The position numbers and the translations under genes were made by a program. Below are positions 61,468 to 64,000 of a stretch of 64,000 nt of DNA, piece by piece. The notes under the pieces were generated by a model. The model worked only from the letters and a program-made list of their open reading frames with translations. It ran no database searches and was not told where the DNA came from. Position 1 is the first letter of the stretch. Every line of letters starts with the position of its first letter. The stretch is from Octopus sinensis (Eukaryota), in assembly GCF_006345805.1 (NCBI RefSeq), contig NC_042999.1, positions 159,464,001 to 159,528,000 on the forward strand. Reading direction: 5' to 3'.

Positions 61468-64000
61468 ATGTTTCTTTATTAGCCACACAGGGCTGCACAC
61501 AGATAGAACAAATTACAAGGTACAGCTTTTCTTTTGAAGGTTAAAAAAAAAAAAAAATAATAATAATAATAATAATAAAATAAAATAAAAAATAAAATAA
61601 AATAAAAAAGGGGGGTCGATCAAAAGGGATCGTAAAAAAAGGAGAGAAAGAGGACAAAAAAAGGGGGGGGTTAAAAAAAAAAAGGGGGAGAAAAAAAATT
61701 GATCAATAGGATCGTTATCACAGAAATGTCAATATGAAGTGAAAGGGGAGGACAGGTGAGGTTTACCCGTGGAAAGAAAAGCCTACGGAAAAGACCACGG
61801 TAACCTCGGTCAATGAAGTCACATGTTATATTTCTTTTTTTTTTTTTTTTGCAAATAAGCAACTCTCTGTATTAATTTTTACGGTTCATAGAATCATAGT
61901 CAAGGTGGCTTCGTCATTCATACGTGCCATCCTTGCTACATTCACCCATCTTTTTTTAAAACATTCACTAGACAAAACTTGCTCTCTACTCTCACTTTTT
62001 CTTCAAGTGATACTTGAAGAAGTTGATGAGAGATTGACCAGAGAGGAAAGTGTTTGTCTCTAATCCTTTCAGACGCGTCCACCAGATACATTCTTTCGCC
62101 ATAGCCACAAGTATGATAAAAATAGCTCTTCCTTCCCGTTTGAAGGAAGGAGGCGTGACGATATTAACGATAGACTCGGCGGATAAACCGACACGTCCCA
62201 CACGTGACAGCAGTCGTTCGACATAAGCCCACAGGTGGGAAATTGCTGGACACTGCACGATTGCGTGCAGAGCGGTTTCGTCGCTCTGACCGCATCTCGG
62301 GCAGGTCGGCCCCGTGTTTCTTGAGCCATGCCTATAGAGCTTATCCCGAACGGGTAGCGCTTCTCGGTAGCACCGCCAGGCCAGGGATCTCTGGAAGTTG
62401 TCCATAGGTCCCGGGGCGCGAAAGTCGTTTGAAACAGGCGGGTCAGGTATTCCTCGTCGACGCCCAGGTTTGCCCCGAGCTCGTCGTCGTACCTCCCCTC
62501 CAATAATCCCCTATAGAATGCTTTGGTTGTGTTGAAGTCACTCAAGGTCGACCCGGGACGGCAGAGTTGCTTGAGAGCAACGCGACACTCGCGGTGCCAT
62601 TCGCCCTTCTGCGGCCTCTTTTTGATCCACGACTGTAGTTCGGTCATGGAGACGAGTTGCGGGAATGCGTGCCTCACAAACGGCGACCACACCTGTTCAC
62701 CGTCGTCGTCTACATAGAGCCGGAGATGTCGCAGTCTAGCGCGTGTCTGCGCATCATCAACCACGGCATGCCCAGCCCTCCTTTTAACGGGTGTTGACAG
62801 CAAATGGATCGCCTGACCATCGGGACGCATCCTTCCACAAGAAGCGGAAGGAAGAGGATGCGTTCTAGTTTTGGTGATGGTAGGGTCGGGACAAGGTACG
62901 ACGGTCAGGCGGTAGTAGATGATGGACGCGATGTACGCGTTCACCACCTCCGCCCGACCTTTTAGGGACAGTTTCCTCTCGGCCCATTGCTGGGCGAGAG
63001 TGACCACCCTACTCGTTATCTCGTTCAGTCCAGTTCTTCTCCATTTGGAGGTCCGGACCGAACCAGACCCCGAGCAACTCAACCGGGCCGTCTGTCCAGC
63101 GTCCCACGCGGAGGTACTGGTGGACGGCATGGGCTTGCTTCTCCAGGTGCCGAGCCGCAAGCCCACTGACTTTTCCCGGTTGATTTTTGCTCCTGTCACC
63201 GCTTCGTAGTCTTTCAGTGTCTCGCCGACCCGCTCGATGTGCTCGTGGCTTGACACTATGACGGTGACGTCGTCCGCGTATGCAGACACGCTCGTCCCGC
63301 ATCCTAATCTCGCGGGATGCCCCTCAGAGTCGCCAGCTTCCGCAGTAGTGGCTCAAGAGTCAATACGTATAGAAGCGCCGAGAGGGGGCATCCCTGACGG
63401 ACCGAACGTGCAATGTCGAAGGGTCTCGATAGATGTCCATTTACGCGAATTACCGAACGGATTGCCCCTGTACAGGCAGCTATCCAGCCGCGGAAGACGG
63501 GACCGAAACCAGCCGCTCTCAGGACTGCCTCCAAGTATCGATGGTCTACCTATCAAAGGCTTTCGATTGATCCAAGTTGATCAGGGCCCCACCCATGCCA
63601 GGTTCGTTAACTACCATGTCTATGATGTAGCGCATCAGATGGAGGTTATCATGGATGCTCCGGCCCGGCACGGCGCACGTTTGTGCGTTGTCGACCAGTT
63701 TCTCCATGACAAGCGCCAACCTCTTGGCTAACACTTTGTCAAAATTTTCAGGTCTGCATTGAGCAGATGATGGGCCTAAAGTTATCTATAATGTTCCTGT
63801 TTGGATCTTTCTTCAGCAGAGTTACAGCTCCTCGACTCACAAACCGGGTATGCTCCCGTTTTGCTGCCAGTTGCAGTATACCGCTGCCAAGACGTCTCCA
63901 AACAAGTCTGGCATACAATAGTAAAATTCGTAGGGTAGACCATCCAAACCCGGTGATTTGTCCCTCGAGCATTCTGCCATCGCTTCCCGCACTTCCGCCG
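61468..64000 (-). mobile_element. Tx1-like LINE copy C (continues past the window end)
   Basis: RT motifs NFRPI, DQSKAFDR, VRQGCPLS, AYADDV; same 3' UTR and GATA junction as copies A and B. Confidence 0.9.

Overview
AT-rich eukaryotic (animal) genomic DNA made almost entirely of transposable-element fragments and microsatellites. The three tRNA-headed SINE families look like octopus SINEs, so an Octopus-type coleoid genome is inferred but not proven. There are no prokaryotic features and no intact long host ORF. A few short minus-strand segments with good splice sites suggest the window is mostly intron of one large, unidentified gene. Elements identified: a Helitron RepHel relic and non-autonomous Helitrons, RTE LINE fragments, R4/Dong-like RLE LINE fragments, a Ty3/gypsy pol relic, two mariners, and Chapaev3-, MULE- and hAT-like relics. 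Three L1/Tx1-type LINE copies and several Penelope-like elements (PLEs) are also present. Most notable: (1) PLE insertions that are complete fold-back palindromes with one ~34-nt tail, sit in (TA)n and carry minimal hammerhead ribozymes with a U3:A8 or U3:G8 core; (2) a Tx1-like LINE whose three copies all lie in (GATA)n arrays with the same 3' junction and no poly(A); (3) one-head, three-body SINE arrays whose junctions and subfamily order suggest the SINE inserts into itself. All family assignments come from motif recognition by eye; no database search was run.
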